Below, piece after piece: positions 17,947 to 27,491 of a stretch of 64,000 bases of DNA. A program made the position numbers and the translations under genes. This stretch comes from an uncultured Klebsiella sp. (GTDB lineage: Bacteria > Verrucomicrobiota > Verrucomicrobiia > Limisphaerales > SXTU01). The notes under the pieces were generated by a model. The model was not told the origin of the DNA and ran no database searches. It saw only the letters and a list, made by a program, of their open reading frames with translations. Position 1 is the stretch's first letter, and each line of letters opens with the position of its first letter. Where the stretch lies: contig CAZOCL010000002.1 of assembly GCA_964578245.1 (NCBI GenBank), forward strand, positions 1,730-65,729, in the 5' to 3' direction.

Positions 17947-20583
17947 TTGCCGCCAACCCTCCGGCTGGCTACCTTCCGCCCCCTGACTATGGCTGTTGCC
18001 CGCGCAAATCATCATCGCTCGACGAGTTCCTCCACTTCGCTGCCCGCCATCCCGCCTGGCACCACCGTCACCACGCTGGACAACGGCCTGACCGTCATCC
18101 TGCGGGAGGACCGCTCCGCGCCGGTCGTGTCCGCCCAGGCGTGGGCGCAGACGGGGAGCGTGCATGAGGGGCGCTGGCTCGGCGCAGGCCTGAGCCATGT
18201 GCTGGAGCACATGCTCTTCAAGGGCACGGCCACGCGGCCGCCGGGGAAGATTGACCAGGAGGTGCAGGACGCCGGCGGCTACATGAACGCCTACACCAGC
18301 TTTGACCGGACGGTGTATCACATTGACGCCCCGAACACCGGGGCGCGCATCGCCGTGGATGTGCTCTGCGACATCATGCAGAACGCGACGCTGCCGGAGG
18401 ACGAGCTGAAGAAGGAACTCGACGTCATCCGCCGTGAGATGGACATGGGCCATGACGACCCCGGCCGCCGCACGGGCCGCCGGCTCTTCGAGACGGCCTA
18501 CACGCGCAGCCCGTATCGCTTCACAGTGATCGGCTATCGCGACATCTTCGACACGCTCAAGCGCGAGGACATCGTGAGCTACTACCGCGAGCGTTACGCG
18601 GCGAACAATCTGTTCTTTGTCGTCGTGGGTGACATCGTGGCCGCGGACGTCCTGGCGCAGATCAAGGCGGCCTGGGCGAAGTCCCCTTCCCGCGCGATCC
18701 CGCCGATGGTGCTGCCGGAAGAGCCCTCGCAGGCGGCCTCGCGCGAGGTCATCGAGGAAGCGCCCATCGAACTCGGCCACTTTCACTTTTCCTGGCACAT
18801 CCCCGGCGTGCGGCACGCGGACATTCCCGCGCTCGACGTGCTGGCCACCCTGCTGGGCAGCGGGCGCAGTTCGCGGCTCTTCCAGAGCGTCCGCGAGAAG
18901 CAGGCGCTCGCGCACTCCGCCGACGCGTGGACCTACAACCCCGGGCTCCCGGGACTCTTCGGCATGAGCGGCGTGGTGGATGCGGACAAGTTCACCGCCG
19001 CGCGCGACGCGATGCTCGCCGAGGTGGAGAAGATGAAGGCCAAGCCCGTGGCGAAAGCCGAGCTGGCCAAGGCCGTGAAGCAATTCACTGCGGGCACGCT
19101 GGCCACGCGCAAGACGATGGCCGGACAGGCGCAGGACCTCGGCGGCAACTGGCTGGCCGCGAGCGACCTGAACTTCTCCCAGCGCTTCCTCGACGGCGTG
19201 CGACGGCTCACGCCCGCGGACCTCCAGCGCGTCGCCCGCACCTATCTCACGGCGGAGAACCGCACCCTCTTCGCGCTGCTGCCCGAGGGTGCCACCCCGA
19301 AGCGCGAGTTGAGCGTCGAGGTCAGCAGCCGCAGCGACATCCGCAAGTTCGCTTTGCCGAGCGGCCTGCGCCTGCTGGTGAAGGAAGAGCACCGCCTGCC
19401 GTTCGTTTACTTCCGCGCTGGCTTGCGCGGCGGCGTGCTGGCCGAGACGGCGGCGAACTGCGGCGCGAGTTCCATGCTCACGCGGCTGATGATGAAGGGC
19501 ACCAAGACCCGCACCGCCGAAGCGCAGGCGACCGAGATCGAGAGCCTCGGCGGCAGCCTGGACACCTACAGCGGCAACAACAGCATCGGCGTGACGGCGG
19601 AAGTCTTGCGCGAGGATTTCGCCACCGGGCTTGAGCTGGTCGTGGACCTGCTGCTCAGCCCGGCCTTTCCGAAGGCCGAGCTAGAGCGCGAGCGCGAGAT
19701 CCAGCTCGGCAACATCCGTCACCAGCGCGACGAGCTGCTCACGAGCTGCTTCAAGCTGATGCGCCGCTCCCTCTTCGGCGACACGAGCTACGGTCTCGAT
19801 TCCCTCGGCACCGAGGCGACGGTCAAGGCGATGCAAGTCGCCGGGCTCGCTGCGATGCACAAGCAGCTCGTCACACCGGACAACTGCGTGCTGGCCATCT
19901 ACGGTGCGGTGGAGACAAAGAAGGTGGAGGCGGCGGTGAAACGCGCCTTCGCCAAATGGAAGGCCGTTCCATCCAGCCCGTCCGTCGTCGCAAACCCCAA
20001 ACTCCAAACTCCAAACTCCAAACTTGCCCCTCGCCGTGCCTCCGACACGCGCGACAAGAAACAGGCCGTGCTCGCCATCGGCTTCCCGGGCACGACGATG
20101 CAGCATGAGGACCGCTACGCGCTGGACCTGATCCAGGAGGCGTGCAGCGACATGGGTTCGCGGTTGTTCACGCGCATTCGTGAGCGGCTCGGTCTGGCCT
20201 ACTATGTCGGGGCGCAGCATCTGGCGGGATTGGTGCCGGGCTACTTCGCGTTCTATTGCGGCACGTCGCCGGAGAAGGCGGCGCTCGTCGAGAAGGAGTT
20301 GCTGGCGGAGGCTGATTTGCTGCGCACGGAAGGCTTGAGCGAGGAAGAACTCAAGCGAGCGAAGGCCAAGATCATTGGGCAGAAGAAGATCTCCCGGCAG
20401 GACCTCGGTGGCCAGGCGATGCTGCACGCGCTCGATGAACTCTATGGACTCGGCTACGCGCATCACGAGCAGGACGACGCGCATTACGAGGCGGTGACGC
20501 TGGCGCAGGTGAAGACCGTCGCGGCGCGGTATTTCATCCCTGAGGCAAGTGCGGTGGCGGTGATCAGCGGGCCGGTGGCGTAA
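17947..20583 (+). CDS. Two-module M16 (pitrilysin/insulinase) family zinc peptidase
   Basis: HVLEHMLFKGT (HxxEH) zinc motif in the N-terminal half and a second M16-like half without it. An alternative start is MAVARA at 17989. Confidence 0.9.
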   Translation: MPPTLRLATFRPLTMAVARANHHRSTSSSTSLPAIPPGTTVTTLDNGLTVILREDRSAPVVSAQAWAQTGSVHEGRWLGAGLSHVLEHMLFKGTATRPPGKIDQEVQDAGGYMNAYTSFDRTVYHIDAPNTGARIAVDVLCDIMQNATLPEDELKKELDVIRREMDMGHDDPGRRTGRRLFETAYTRSPYRFTVIGYRDIFDTLKREDIVSYYRERYAANNLFFVVVGDIVAADVLAQIKAAWAKSPSRAIPPMVLPEEPSQAASREVIEEAPIELGHFHFSWHIPGVRHADIPALDVLATLLGSGRSSRLFQSVREKQALAHSADAWTYNPGLPGLFGMSGVVDADKFTAARDAMLAEVEKMKAKPVAKAELAKAVKQFTAGTLATRKTMAGQAQDLGGNWLAASDLNFSQRFLDGVRRLTPADLQRVARTYLTAENRTLFALLPEGATPKRELSVEVSSRSDIRKFALPSGLRLLVKEEHRLPFVYFRAGLRGGVLAETAANCGASSMLTRLMMKGTKTRTAEAQATEIESLGGSLDTYSGNNSIGVTAEVLREDFATGLELVVDLLLSPAFPKAELEREREIQLGNIRHQRDELLTSCFKLMRRSLFGDTSYGLDSLGTEATVKAMQVAGLAAMHKQLVTPDNCVLAIYGAVETKKVEAAVKRAFAKWKAVPSSPSVVANPKLQTPNSKLAPRRASDTRDKKQAVLAIGFPGTTMQHEDRYALDLIQEACSDMGSRLFTRIRERLGLAYYVGAQHLAGLVPGYFAFYCGTSPEKAALVEKELLAEADLLRTEGLSEEELKRAKAKIIGQKKISRQDLGGQAMLHALDELYGLGYAHHEQDDAHYEAVTLAQVKTVAARYFIPEASAVAVISGPVA
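19997..20024. repeat. Tandem heptamer (ccaaact)x4 inside the M16 peptidase gene
   Basis: ccaaactccaaactccaaactccaaact, translated as PKLQTPNSKL in the linker between the two M16 modules. Confidence 0.9.
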
Positions 20584-20683
20584 CGCCGCCAAGAGTTGAG
20601 CCCGCTAAACACGCGAAACAGACGAAAAGCCTAAACCGCGAAGGTTGCTGTGTTCGCGTCTTTTAGCGTGTTTGGCGGGGAAC

Positions 20684-22084
20684 CTACTTCACCTCGAGCA
20701 AACGCTTGATCGCGCCCATCAACACCGCCTCGACTTCAGGGGCGACGTTGCTGGAGCGGGGGGCAGTTTCGTAGCCGCCTTCCTCGTAGGCGCGAGCGGT
20801 GCCGATGTAGGCCGGGCCGTAGTCGCCATAGGCGGCCATCGCCACATTGAGGTCGGGGCGCATGGCCTTCGCGGAGAGTTGATACTCGACGAAGAGTTCA
20901 CCCGGCAGGTGAAGCAGGCGGACGTCGCCGAGGGTAAGGCAGGGAATCTCCGTTTGATGGCCTGCCTTGGCGCGGAGCAGGAACGCCAGCACATCGGCTG
21001 GTCCGAGGAAAGGCACGCTCTTGGCTTTGGGCAGTTCGTCGCGGAGTTTCGCCTCGTCGAGATGCTGGCCGGGCGGCAGGGCAACGCGTTCCACGCGCCA
21101 GTTCACATCCGCGGCGGACAACGGGGTTTTCTGCGTGGCTTCCCAGGCGCGCTTCATGCCGTCGGCGAGACGCAGCGCGAGGGCCATGCGGTTCTCACGG
21201 CTGCCGTCGTTGTATTTGCCCGCGCCGACATTGCCGCCCGCACCGTTGAAGTGGACATGCAGCGCCTCCGGAACCGCCTGCCCGCGCACGAACCGCGCGA
21301 TGCCGGGAAAGTCAGGACTCGGGATGCCCATGCGGTAGTAACTCTGCGGATGGCAGGCGTAATAGCTCAACACAGCAACGGGCCGGTTCGTGCTCCAGAA
21401 ACTCACGAGGTTCACGTCCGGGTCAATCACGCCTTCCGGCTCGGCGCGCAACGCGGGGTCTTTCGTGGCGGTGTAGCGCACGGCGCGGATGCGGCCATCG
21501 GGACTGGGGATTCGGCGGTTGGAAGCCACCTCCAGGACTTTCGCGGTGCCCCAGCCAACGTGCGTGACGGGGTGGGCGCTCGTCAGGCTGGTGCGCAGGG
21601 CCTCGGCAGCGCAGGCCATGGCGGAGCGGGCGAAGGTGCTGTCCCAGCGACCGGGCGGCAGATTCGCCTCCTTGAGGTTGCGCTCGGCACCGAGGTCGAA
21701 GGCGGGCGCGTCGTGCTGATGCAAGGTGTGGACGGCCACGCGGCTGCGTGTGGTGCCGGCGGCCTGCGCGAGCGCATCGCGGAAGGCGTCGTTGGCTTCG
21801 TTGGCAATGCCGATCCAATCCACGGCGCACAGCACGATGGGTTCACCTGCGCCCAGCAGGACAATGCCCCGGCAGCGGAGAGTCAGTTCATCCAGCCGCA
21901 CCACCGGATCGTAGGCCATGACGTTTCCTACCGGCGGCGTGGCGTCCACGTCGAAGGTGGCGAGGCGAAGAGGTTCGGCGGCCCATGCCACGCTGACCGA
22001 CCCGGCCAGCGCGAACGACAAAAGTCGCCACAGGATAAAGCGCATGATGAAAGCGCGGACGAAGGCACAGGCAGGAAAGTTCAT
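20684..22084 (-). CDS. Secreted conserved hypothetical protein (possibly a neutral-ceramidase-like hydrolase fold)
   Basis: Signal peptide [22 protein letters not shown] (alternative start 22045) and coding-like composition. The ceramidase-like call is a weak impression only. Confidence 0.5.
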   Translation of the reverse strand: MNFPACAFVRAFIMRFILWRLLSFALAGSVSVAWAAEPLRLATFDVDATPPVGNVMAYDPVVRLDELTLRCRGIVLLGAGEPIVLCAVDWIGIANEANDAFRDALAQAAGTTRSRVAVHTLHQHDAPAFDLGAERNLKEANLPPGRWDSTFARSAMACAAEALRTSLTSAHPVTHVGWGTAKVLEVASNRRIPSPDGRIRAVRYTATKDPALRAEPEGVIDPDVNLVSFWSTNRPVAVLSYYACHPQSYYRMGIPSPDFPGIARFVRGQAVPEALHVHFNGAGGNVGAGKYNDGSRENRMALALRLADGMKRAWEATQKTPLSAADVNWRVERVALPPGQHLDEAKLRDELPKAKSVPFLGPADVLAFLLRAKAGHQTEIPCLTLGDVRLLHLPGELFVEYQLSAKAMRPDLNVAMAAYGDYGPAYIGTARAYEEGGYETAPRSSNVAPEVEAVLMGAIKRLLEVK

Positions 22085-22301
22085 CTTCCTCGGCCAGCAA
22101 GGAACGGCGCAGCTTGCTGGCTCGGAGCGCGGGTCTGCGACCCGCAGAAACGTCCGGTAGTCGTTGCCTTTGGTTCATGCCAGCGGGATTGGTAGTCGGG
22201 AGTTGTTGCGGGTCACAGACCCGTGCTCCGCTGCGTGGCCTTGCGTGCGACCGGTTGATGCGCCACCTTGCCCAAGTCCTCAACGCCAACCCACGCTTGC
22301 C

Positions 22302-23816
22302 ATGAACCCGCCCGTTTCCCGTCGTGGTTTCCTTCACGCTTCCACTGCGACCGCCGCGCTCGGCCTGGGCGGACTTGGTTTCCTGGACCGGCTCGCGCCC
22401 GTGTCCGCCGCCGAGGCGAAGCTGCCCACGGACCGCGTGCGCCTGCATGCGGACATCGAGCCGCTGGTGCGATTGCTCGAGGAAACTCCGCGCGAGCGCG
22501 TGCTGGAGGAATTCGCCGGGCGGGTCCGGCGCGGGACGAGCTATCGCGAGGTGCTGGCGGCACTCCAACTTGCCGGGGTGCGCAGGATCCAGCCGCGCCC
22601 GGTTGGCTTCAAGTTTCACGCGGTGCTGGTGGTGAACTCGGCGCATCTCGCGAGTCTCAACGCACCCGACTCGGATCGCTGGCTGCCTATTTTCTGGGCG
22701 CTGGATCAGTTCAAAAGCTCGCAGGCGCGCAACGTCCAGGAGGGCAACTGGAGCATGTCCCCCGTGGCGGAAACCTCGGTGCCGCCCGCGCATCGGGCAA
22801 AAGTGGCGTTCATCGAGGCGATGGACAACTGGGACCCGGTGGCGGCAGACGTGGCTGTGGCGGGGCTGGCCCGCAGCGCCGGGGCGCAGGAGGTCTTCGA
22901 GCTATTCACCCGTTACGGGGCGCGCGACTTCCGCGACATCGGTCACAAGGCGATCTACGTGGCCAACAGCTGGCGCACGCTTCAGAACATTGGCTGGCAG
23001 CACGCCGAACCTGTCTTGCGCTCGCTCGCTTACGCGCTGTTGGAACACGAGGAGAGCAACCCTGCGAAGCGGGATGGCGCGCCGGACCGGGCGGGGCGGC
23101 GCAATCGCGAACTCGCCGGGAAACTGCGCCCGGACTGGCTTGCGGGCCAGCCGGATGCCGACGCCGCGACGGAACTGCTGCGTGCCTTCCGTCAGGCCAG
23201 CGATGCCGAGGCGGCGGACTTGGTGGTAACGCTGGTCAATCGCGGCGTCTCGCCGACCACGATGTGGGACGGCATCTTTCAGGCGGCTGGGGAGCTGCTC
23301 ATGCGGCAGCCCGCGATCATCTCATTGCACTCGGTGACGAGCGCCAATGCGTTGCACTATGCCTTTCGACAGAGCGCTGACGACGCGACGCGACGCTGGC
23401 TGCTGCTGCAGACGGCTTCGTTCCTCCCCATGTTCCGGGACCGGATGAAGGGAGCCAGACCCGCGCCGCTCGACGAACTGGTGGCGGTGGAACCCAAGGC
23501 GAAGGGGGCTGATGCCATCGCGGAGATCTTCGCCGAGGTGAGCCGGGACAAACCGGCCGCCGCGGCCAAGGTGCTGGGCTATCTGCAAGCCGGCGGGGAC
23601 GCGCAGGCCTATATCGCCACGGCCCGGCGGCTGATTTATCTCAAAGGCACGGACGCCCATGACTACAAGTTCAGCGAGGCGGTGCTGGAGGATTATTCCC
23701 ATGCCTCGCCGAAGCTACGTGACCGCTGCCTGGCCGCCAGTGTAGGCTGGCTCAAGGGTTCCAGCGGCGCGGACAGCCCGTTGGTGGGACGCACGCGCGA
23801 GGCCTTCAAGGCCTGA
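22302..23816 (+). CDS. Tat-signal exported protein of unknown function
   Basis: ATG at 22302: MNPPVSRRGFLHASTATAALGLGGLG is a twin-arginine motif (SRRGFL). No catalytic motif was recognised. Confidence 0.6.
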   Translation: MNPPVSRRGFLHASTATAALGLGGLGFLDRLAPVSAAEAKLPTDRVRLHADIEPLVRLLEETPRERVLEEFAGRVRRGTSYREVLAALQLAGVRRIQPRPVGFKFHAVLVVNSAHLASLNAPDSDRWLPIFWALDQFKSSQARNVQEGNWSMSPVAETSVPPAHRAKVAFIEAMDNWDPVAADVAVAGLARSAGAQEVFELFTRYGARDFRDIGHKAIYVANSWRTLQNIGWQHAEPVLRSLAYALLEHEESNPAKRDGAPDRAGRRNRELAGKLRPDWLAGQPDADAATELLRAFRQASDAEAADLVVTLVNRGVSPTTMWDGIFQAAGELLMRQPAIISLHSVTSANALHYAFRQSADDATRRWLLLQTASFLPMFRDRMKGARPAPLDELVAVEPKAKGADAIAEIFAEVSRDKPAAAAKVLGYLQAGGDAQAYIATARRLIYLKGTDAHDYKFSEAVLEDYSHASPKLRDRCLAASVGWLKGSSGADSPLVGRTREAFKA

Positions 23817-23866
23817 GAATTGCGCCCGAATCCGGGGCGAAGGCATCAGCAAGGATGGCGCGGCGC

Positions 23867-23894
23867 TTGACACGACCCCTTCCTCCGCTACCCT
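23867..23894 (+). promoter_or_regulatory. Candidate sigma70-type promoter of the rpmH operon
   Basis: TTGACA (23867-23872), a 16-nt spacer, then TACCCT (23889-23894), about 70 nt upstream of rpmH. Confidence 0.3.
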
Positions 23895-23966
23895 GCGCGT
23901 TCCGCTTAGGGCGGGAACGCGGCGGTGCGCCGTATTACGAACCGATTTTAGACCAGCTTTTAGCCT

Positions 23967-24104
23967 ATGAAACGCCAGTATCAGCCCTCGAAGATCCGCC
24001 GTCAGCGCCAGCACGGCTTCCGCGCCCGCATGGCCACCCGTGGTGGCCGCAAGGTTCTCGCCAACCGCCGCAAGGTCGGCCGCAAGAAGCTGACCCCGGT
24101 GTGA
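23967..24104 (+). CDS. rpmH: 50S ribosomal protein L34
   Basis: [45 protein letters not shown] (45 aa). It is too short for the ORF track. Confidence 0.95.
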   Translation: MKRQYQPSKIRRQRQHGFRARMATRGGRKVLANRRKVGRKKLTPV

Positions 24105-24108
24105 TCCC

Positions 24109-24480
24109 ATGTCCGCCAGCCCGTCCACGCGGCTGACGCTCGGGGCCGATCAACGCCTCAAACAGACGCGCGACTTCGCGCGCCTCAAGAAGCAGGGGCG
24201 ACGGCTCGCGCGCGGTTGTGTGCTGATGAACTGGGCGGAACTCCCCGTCACTGGCCGGTCACGCCTCGGCGTGGTGGCCGCCAAACGCATCGGCAATGCC
24301 GTGGTCCGCAGCCGGGCCAAACGGCTGATGCGCCAGGTCTTCCGGCTGCACCAGCATGACCTGCGCGTGCCGGCCGAAGTGGTGCTGGTGGCACGGGACT
24401 CCATTGCGGACAAGGCTTTTGCGGAAGTGGAACGCGATTATCTCGCGGCGCTCCGAGCTGCGGGACTGCTCAAGACTTGA
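24109..24480 (+). CDS. rnpA: Ribonuclease P protein component
   Basis: It sits immediately after rpmH. It is basic and shows the pattern LKQTRDFARLKKQGRR...RLGVVAAKRIGNAVVRSRAKRLMR. Confidence 0.9.
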   Translation: MSASPSTRLTLGADQRLKQTRDFARLKKQGRRLARGCVLMNWAELPVTGRSRLGVVAAKRIGNAVVRSRAKRLMRQVFRLHQHDLRVPAEVVLVARDSIADKAFAEVERDYLAALRAAGLLKT

Positions 24481-24848
24481 ACCACCGGCCAGCCGGCGGC
24501 CAATCAGTGAATCTCGCCCAACATATCCTGCTCGCCGCGCTCCGGCTCTACCGGTGGTTCGTCTCGCCGGCGATCACCCTGCTCTTCGGGGCGGCGTGCC
24601 GCTACGAGCCGAGCTGCTCGGTGTATGCCATGGAGGCGGTGCAGCGCCATGGGGCGATGCGCGGTGGCTGGCTCGCAGCCAGGCGCCTGGCCCGCTGCCA
24701 GCCGTGGGCCGGCTGCGGCTGGGACCCTGTCCCCGTTTCGAGTTTTGAGTTGAGAGTTCCGAGTTCGCGTCCGGAGGCCGTTGCTTCCGGGGACGCCGAC
24801 ACGCACCACGCGGCACGCAACCCATCCGTTTCCATTGCTGCTCACTAG
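24477..24848 (+). CDS. yidD: Membrane protein insertion efficiency factor YidD with a repeat-derived C-terminal extension
   Basis: LRLYRWFVSPA...CRYEPSCSVYAMEAVQRHG...RRLARCQPW..GCGWDPVP is the YidD core. The TTG start overlaps the rnpA stop (an alternative is the GTG at 24507). About 45 extra residues follow. Confidence 0.85.
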   Translation: MNHRPAGGQSVNLAQHILLAALRLYRWFVSPAITLLFGAACRYEPSCSVYAMEAVQRHGAMRGGWLAARRLARCQPWAGCGWDPVPVSSFELRVPSSRPEAVASGDADTHHAARNPSVSIAAH

Positions 24849-24857
24849 CTTTCTTTC

Positions 24858-26639
24858 ATGGACCGCAAATCCGTCGTCATCCTGCTTGTTTCGTTCCTGC
24901 TCATTTTCGGCTGGTTCGAGCTGGTGAAGGTCATGTATCCGCCCCCGCCGCCGCGACCGGCCGGGAGCACCAATACCGTGGCGGGCGCGGCCAGCCCGGG
25001 CACTGGCGGGACCAACCACGCCACGTCGACCCTGTCGGCTCCTGCCCCCGGCGCCACGCAGTGGACGGCCCCGAAAGCTGAGGAGCAACTGCTCACGCTG
25101 GAAACGGCGGACGTCCGCTACACCTTCACGTCCCATGGCGGCGGTCTGAAGCTGGCGGAGCTGATGCATTTCCCCAAGATTGTAGGCAACCGCAAGGTCA
25201 GCGAGTCCGCGCGCGTGGTGACCTTGAACACCAAGGCCCCGGTCGCCGCCATGACCGTGCTCGGCGGCGAGGCCGTGCAGGGTGACGGCCTGTTCACCCT
25301 GGCCAAATCCGAGAAGGGCATGCGGGCGGAGAAGCTGCTGCCCAACGGCCTGCGCATCGTGAAGGAGTTCACCCCCGGCACCAACTATCTGATGCAGGTG
25401 GATGTCTGGCTCGAGAACACCAAGGGCGAATCCATCGCCGTGCCGCCGCAGGAGTGGGTGATCGGCACCGCCACGCCCATCAACCCGCTGGACAAGGGGA
25501 CGTTGATGAAAGTGACCTGGTTCGAGAACGGCAAGAGCAGCAGCGTGGGCGAGCCGTATTTCGAGAACTCGACGCTGATGTGCCTCCCCGGCACGAGGCG
25601 CACCGAGCACAAGGTCGAGGGGAAGTTCGCCTGGGTGGCGGTGCAAAACCAGTTCTTCACGATGGCCGCCGTTCCGAAAGCCCCGGCCGACCAGCTCATC
25701 ACCCACCACGTCACCCTGCCGGCCCACGACTTGGCTGACGTTCCGGACGGCGACAAGGCGGTCACCAATCCGTTCGGTTTCCAGAGCGCGTTTGTGTATC
25801 CGGGACAGACGCTATTCCCGGGCGGGACCAATGCGATCCACCGGGAGTTCACACTCTATGTCGGGCCCAAGGAATACCAGTTGCTGGCGCGGCTCGGGAA
25901 GCAGATGAGCAACGACCTCGATTCCATCATGGACTATGGCAGCTTCTTCGGCTTCTTCGCCAAAGCGCTGCTGCTCTCAATGAACGGCCTGCACGCGCTC
26001 GGGTTGAAATATGCGTGGTGCATCATCGCCATCACCGTGATCATCAAGCTGCTCTTCTGGCCGCTCACGGCCATCAGCACGCGCTCGATGAAGCGGATGT
26101 CTGAACTGCAGCCGCAGATGAAGGCCATCCAGGAGAAATACAAGGATGACCCGACGAAGATGAACCAGAAGACGATGGAGTTCATGCGGGACAACAAGAT
26201 GAACCCCATGGCCGGCTGCCTGCCGATGGTGGTGCAGTTCCCCGTCTTCATCGGCTTTTACACGATGCTCCAGAGCTGCATTGAGCTGCGTGGCGAGGAG
26301 TTCCTGTGGGCGCATGATCTGTCCCAGGAGGACACGGTCGCCTACCTGGCAGGCTTCCCCGTCAACCCGCTGCCCATCGTCATGGCCGTGACCATGTTCT
26401 ATCAGGCCCGGCTCACGCCCCCGTCCCCCGGCATGGACCCGATGCAGCAGAAGATCATGAAGTATATGCCCATGATGTTCGTGGCCATCCTCTACCGCTT
26501 CAGTGCCGCGCTCACGCTCTACTGGACCGTGCAGAACCTGCTGACCATCCTGCAGACCAAGCTCACCAAGATTCACGACCAGAAGAAGGCCGCCGCTGGC
26601 ACCACGGTGCCGGCGAAGGTGGAGCCCAGGAAGAAATAG
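24858..26639 (+). CDS. yidC: Membrane protein insertase YidC
   Basis: N-terminal transmembrane segment, a large periplasmic domain, and the C-terminal 60-kDa insertase core (IIAITVIIKLLFWPLT...GCLPMVVQFPVFIGFY...LTLYWTVQNLLTILQ). Confidence 0.95.
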   Translation: MDRKSVVILLVSFLLIFGWFELVKVMYPPPPPRPAGSTNTVAGAASPGTGGTNHATSTLSAPAPGATQWTAPKAEEQLLTLETADVRYTFTSHGGGLKLAELMHFPKIVGNRKVSESARVVTLNTKAPVAAMTVLGGEAVQGDGLFTLAKSEKGMRAEKLLPNGLRIVKEFTPGTNYLMQVDVWLENTKGESIAVPPQEWVIGTATPINPLDKGTLMKVTWFENGKSSSVGEPYFENSTLMCLPGTRRTEHKVEGKFAWVAVQNQFFTMAAVPKAPADQLITHHVTLPAHDLADVPDGDKAVTNPFGFQSAFVYPGQTLFPGGTNAIHREFTLYVGPKEYQLLARLGKQMSNDLDSIMDYGSFFGFFAKALLLSMNGLHALGLKYAWCIIAITVIIKLLFWPLTAISTRSMKRMSELQPQMKAIQEKYKDDPTKMNQKTMEFMRDNKMNPMAGCLPMVVQFPVFIGFYTMLQSCIELRGEEFLWAHDLSQEDTVAYLAGFPVNPLPIVMAVTMFYQARLTPPSPGMDPMQQKIMKYMPMMFVAILYRFSAALTLYWTVQNLLTILQTKLTKIHDQKKAAAGTTVPAKVEPRKK

Positions 26640-26684
26640 CCGGAGGGTTTTGCCTTTTTCAACGCACCTGCATAATTTCCCGCC

Positions 26685-27143
26685 ATGCCCACCGAACCCA
26701 AGACCATCCTCGCCGACCTCCTGCGCCACCTGAGCTTTGAAGCCACCATCGAAGAGCAGAAGCTCGACGATGGCGGACTCTTCCTCGATGTGAAGACGGC
26801 CGACTCGAACCGGCTGATTGGCCGGCACGGCCAGACGCTGGGCGACCTGCAATACCTCACCAACCGGATCGCCTTCAACCAGGACCCCGAAGCCCCGCGC
26901 ATTACCGTGGACGTCGGGGGCTACCGGGCCGCGGCGCGTGAAGTGCTTATCAAGAAGGCCAAGGATGCCGCCGACAAGGTCCGCAAATGGGGCGACATCG
27001 TCGAGCTGGAGCCGATGAACGCCTACGACCGCCGCGTGGTGCACCAGGCGCTGCGCGAAGACCCGGACATCGAGACGCAGAGTGTGGAAGTCGAAGGCAC
27101 GGACAAGAAGGCGATGCTGCTGCGGCCCAAGCGGAAGGCGTGA
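26685..27143 (+). CDS. jag: Jag/KhpB-like RNA-binding protein (KH and R3H domains)
   Basis: LIGRHGQTLGDLQYL (KH GxxG) and MNAYDRRVVHQAL (R3H). It occupies the canonical position after yidC. Confidence 0.85.
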   Translation: MPTEPKTILADLLRHLSFEATIEEQKLDDGGLFLDVKTADSNRLIGRHGQTLGDLQYLTNRIAFNQDPEAPRITVDVGGYRAAAREVLIKKAKDAADKVRKWGDIVELEPMNAYDRRVVHQALREDPDIETQSVEVEGTDKKAMLLRPKRKA

Positions 27144-27219
27144 GCAGGAAGAGGGGATTACGATCACCAGGCGCACGACCTACTCCTACTCTTAATCCTG
27201 ATCTTCTGTGCCGATCACC

Positions 27220-27447
27220 ATGGAACTCCCCCGCATCTTCGAGCTGCCGGATGAAGTCTCCGAGTGGGACGACAAACTCTACTTCACCTTTTTGCAGGAC
27301 CACCAGTTCGGCTACCAGACACTCCTCGACGACCTGAAGGCGCGCGGCCAGGAGCAATCGGCGGAATACCAGCACTGGCTGGAACAGTTCAAGACGGTGG
27401 AGCACTACCTCGCGCGGGATTTCAACCGGCGCTATCACCAAGGATAG
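27220..27447 (+). CDS. Small acidic hypothetical protein
   Basis: MELPRIFELPDEVSEWDDKLYFTFLQDHQF... The codon usage looks coding. No family was recognised. Confidence 0.45.
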   Translation: MELPRIFELPDEVSEWDDKLYFTFLQDHQFGYQTLLDDLKARGQEQSAEYQHWLEQFKTVEHYLARDFNRRYHQG

Positions 27448-27491
27448 GGTTTCGCGTTTCCAAAGCCGCGCCCCGGCGGCAGTCTGGCGCC

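Noticed and set aside
11704-20024. Possibility that the short tandem or inverted repeats represent a CRISPR array
   Set aside because: The units are 7-10 nt with no unique spacers of 25-40 nt and no regular 50-70 nt periodicity. No cas genes are present in the window.
20645-22195. 516-aa plus-strand ORF opposite the 20684..22084 secreted protein
   Set aside because: The minus-strand product has a signal peptide and balanced composition. The plus-strand translation is Gly/Ala/Arg/His-rich.
24504-25727. 407-aa minus-strand ORF across yidD/yidC
   Set aside because: It is antisense to two well-supported genes, and its translation is low-complexity and Arg/Gly-rich.
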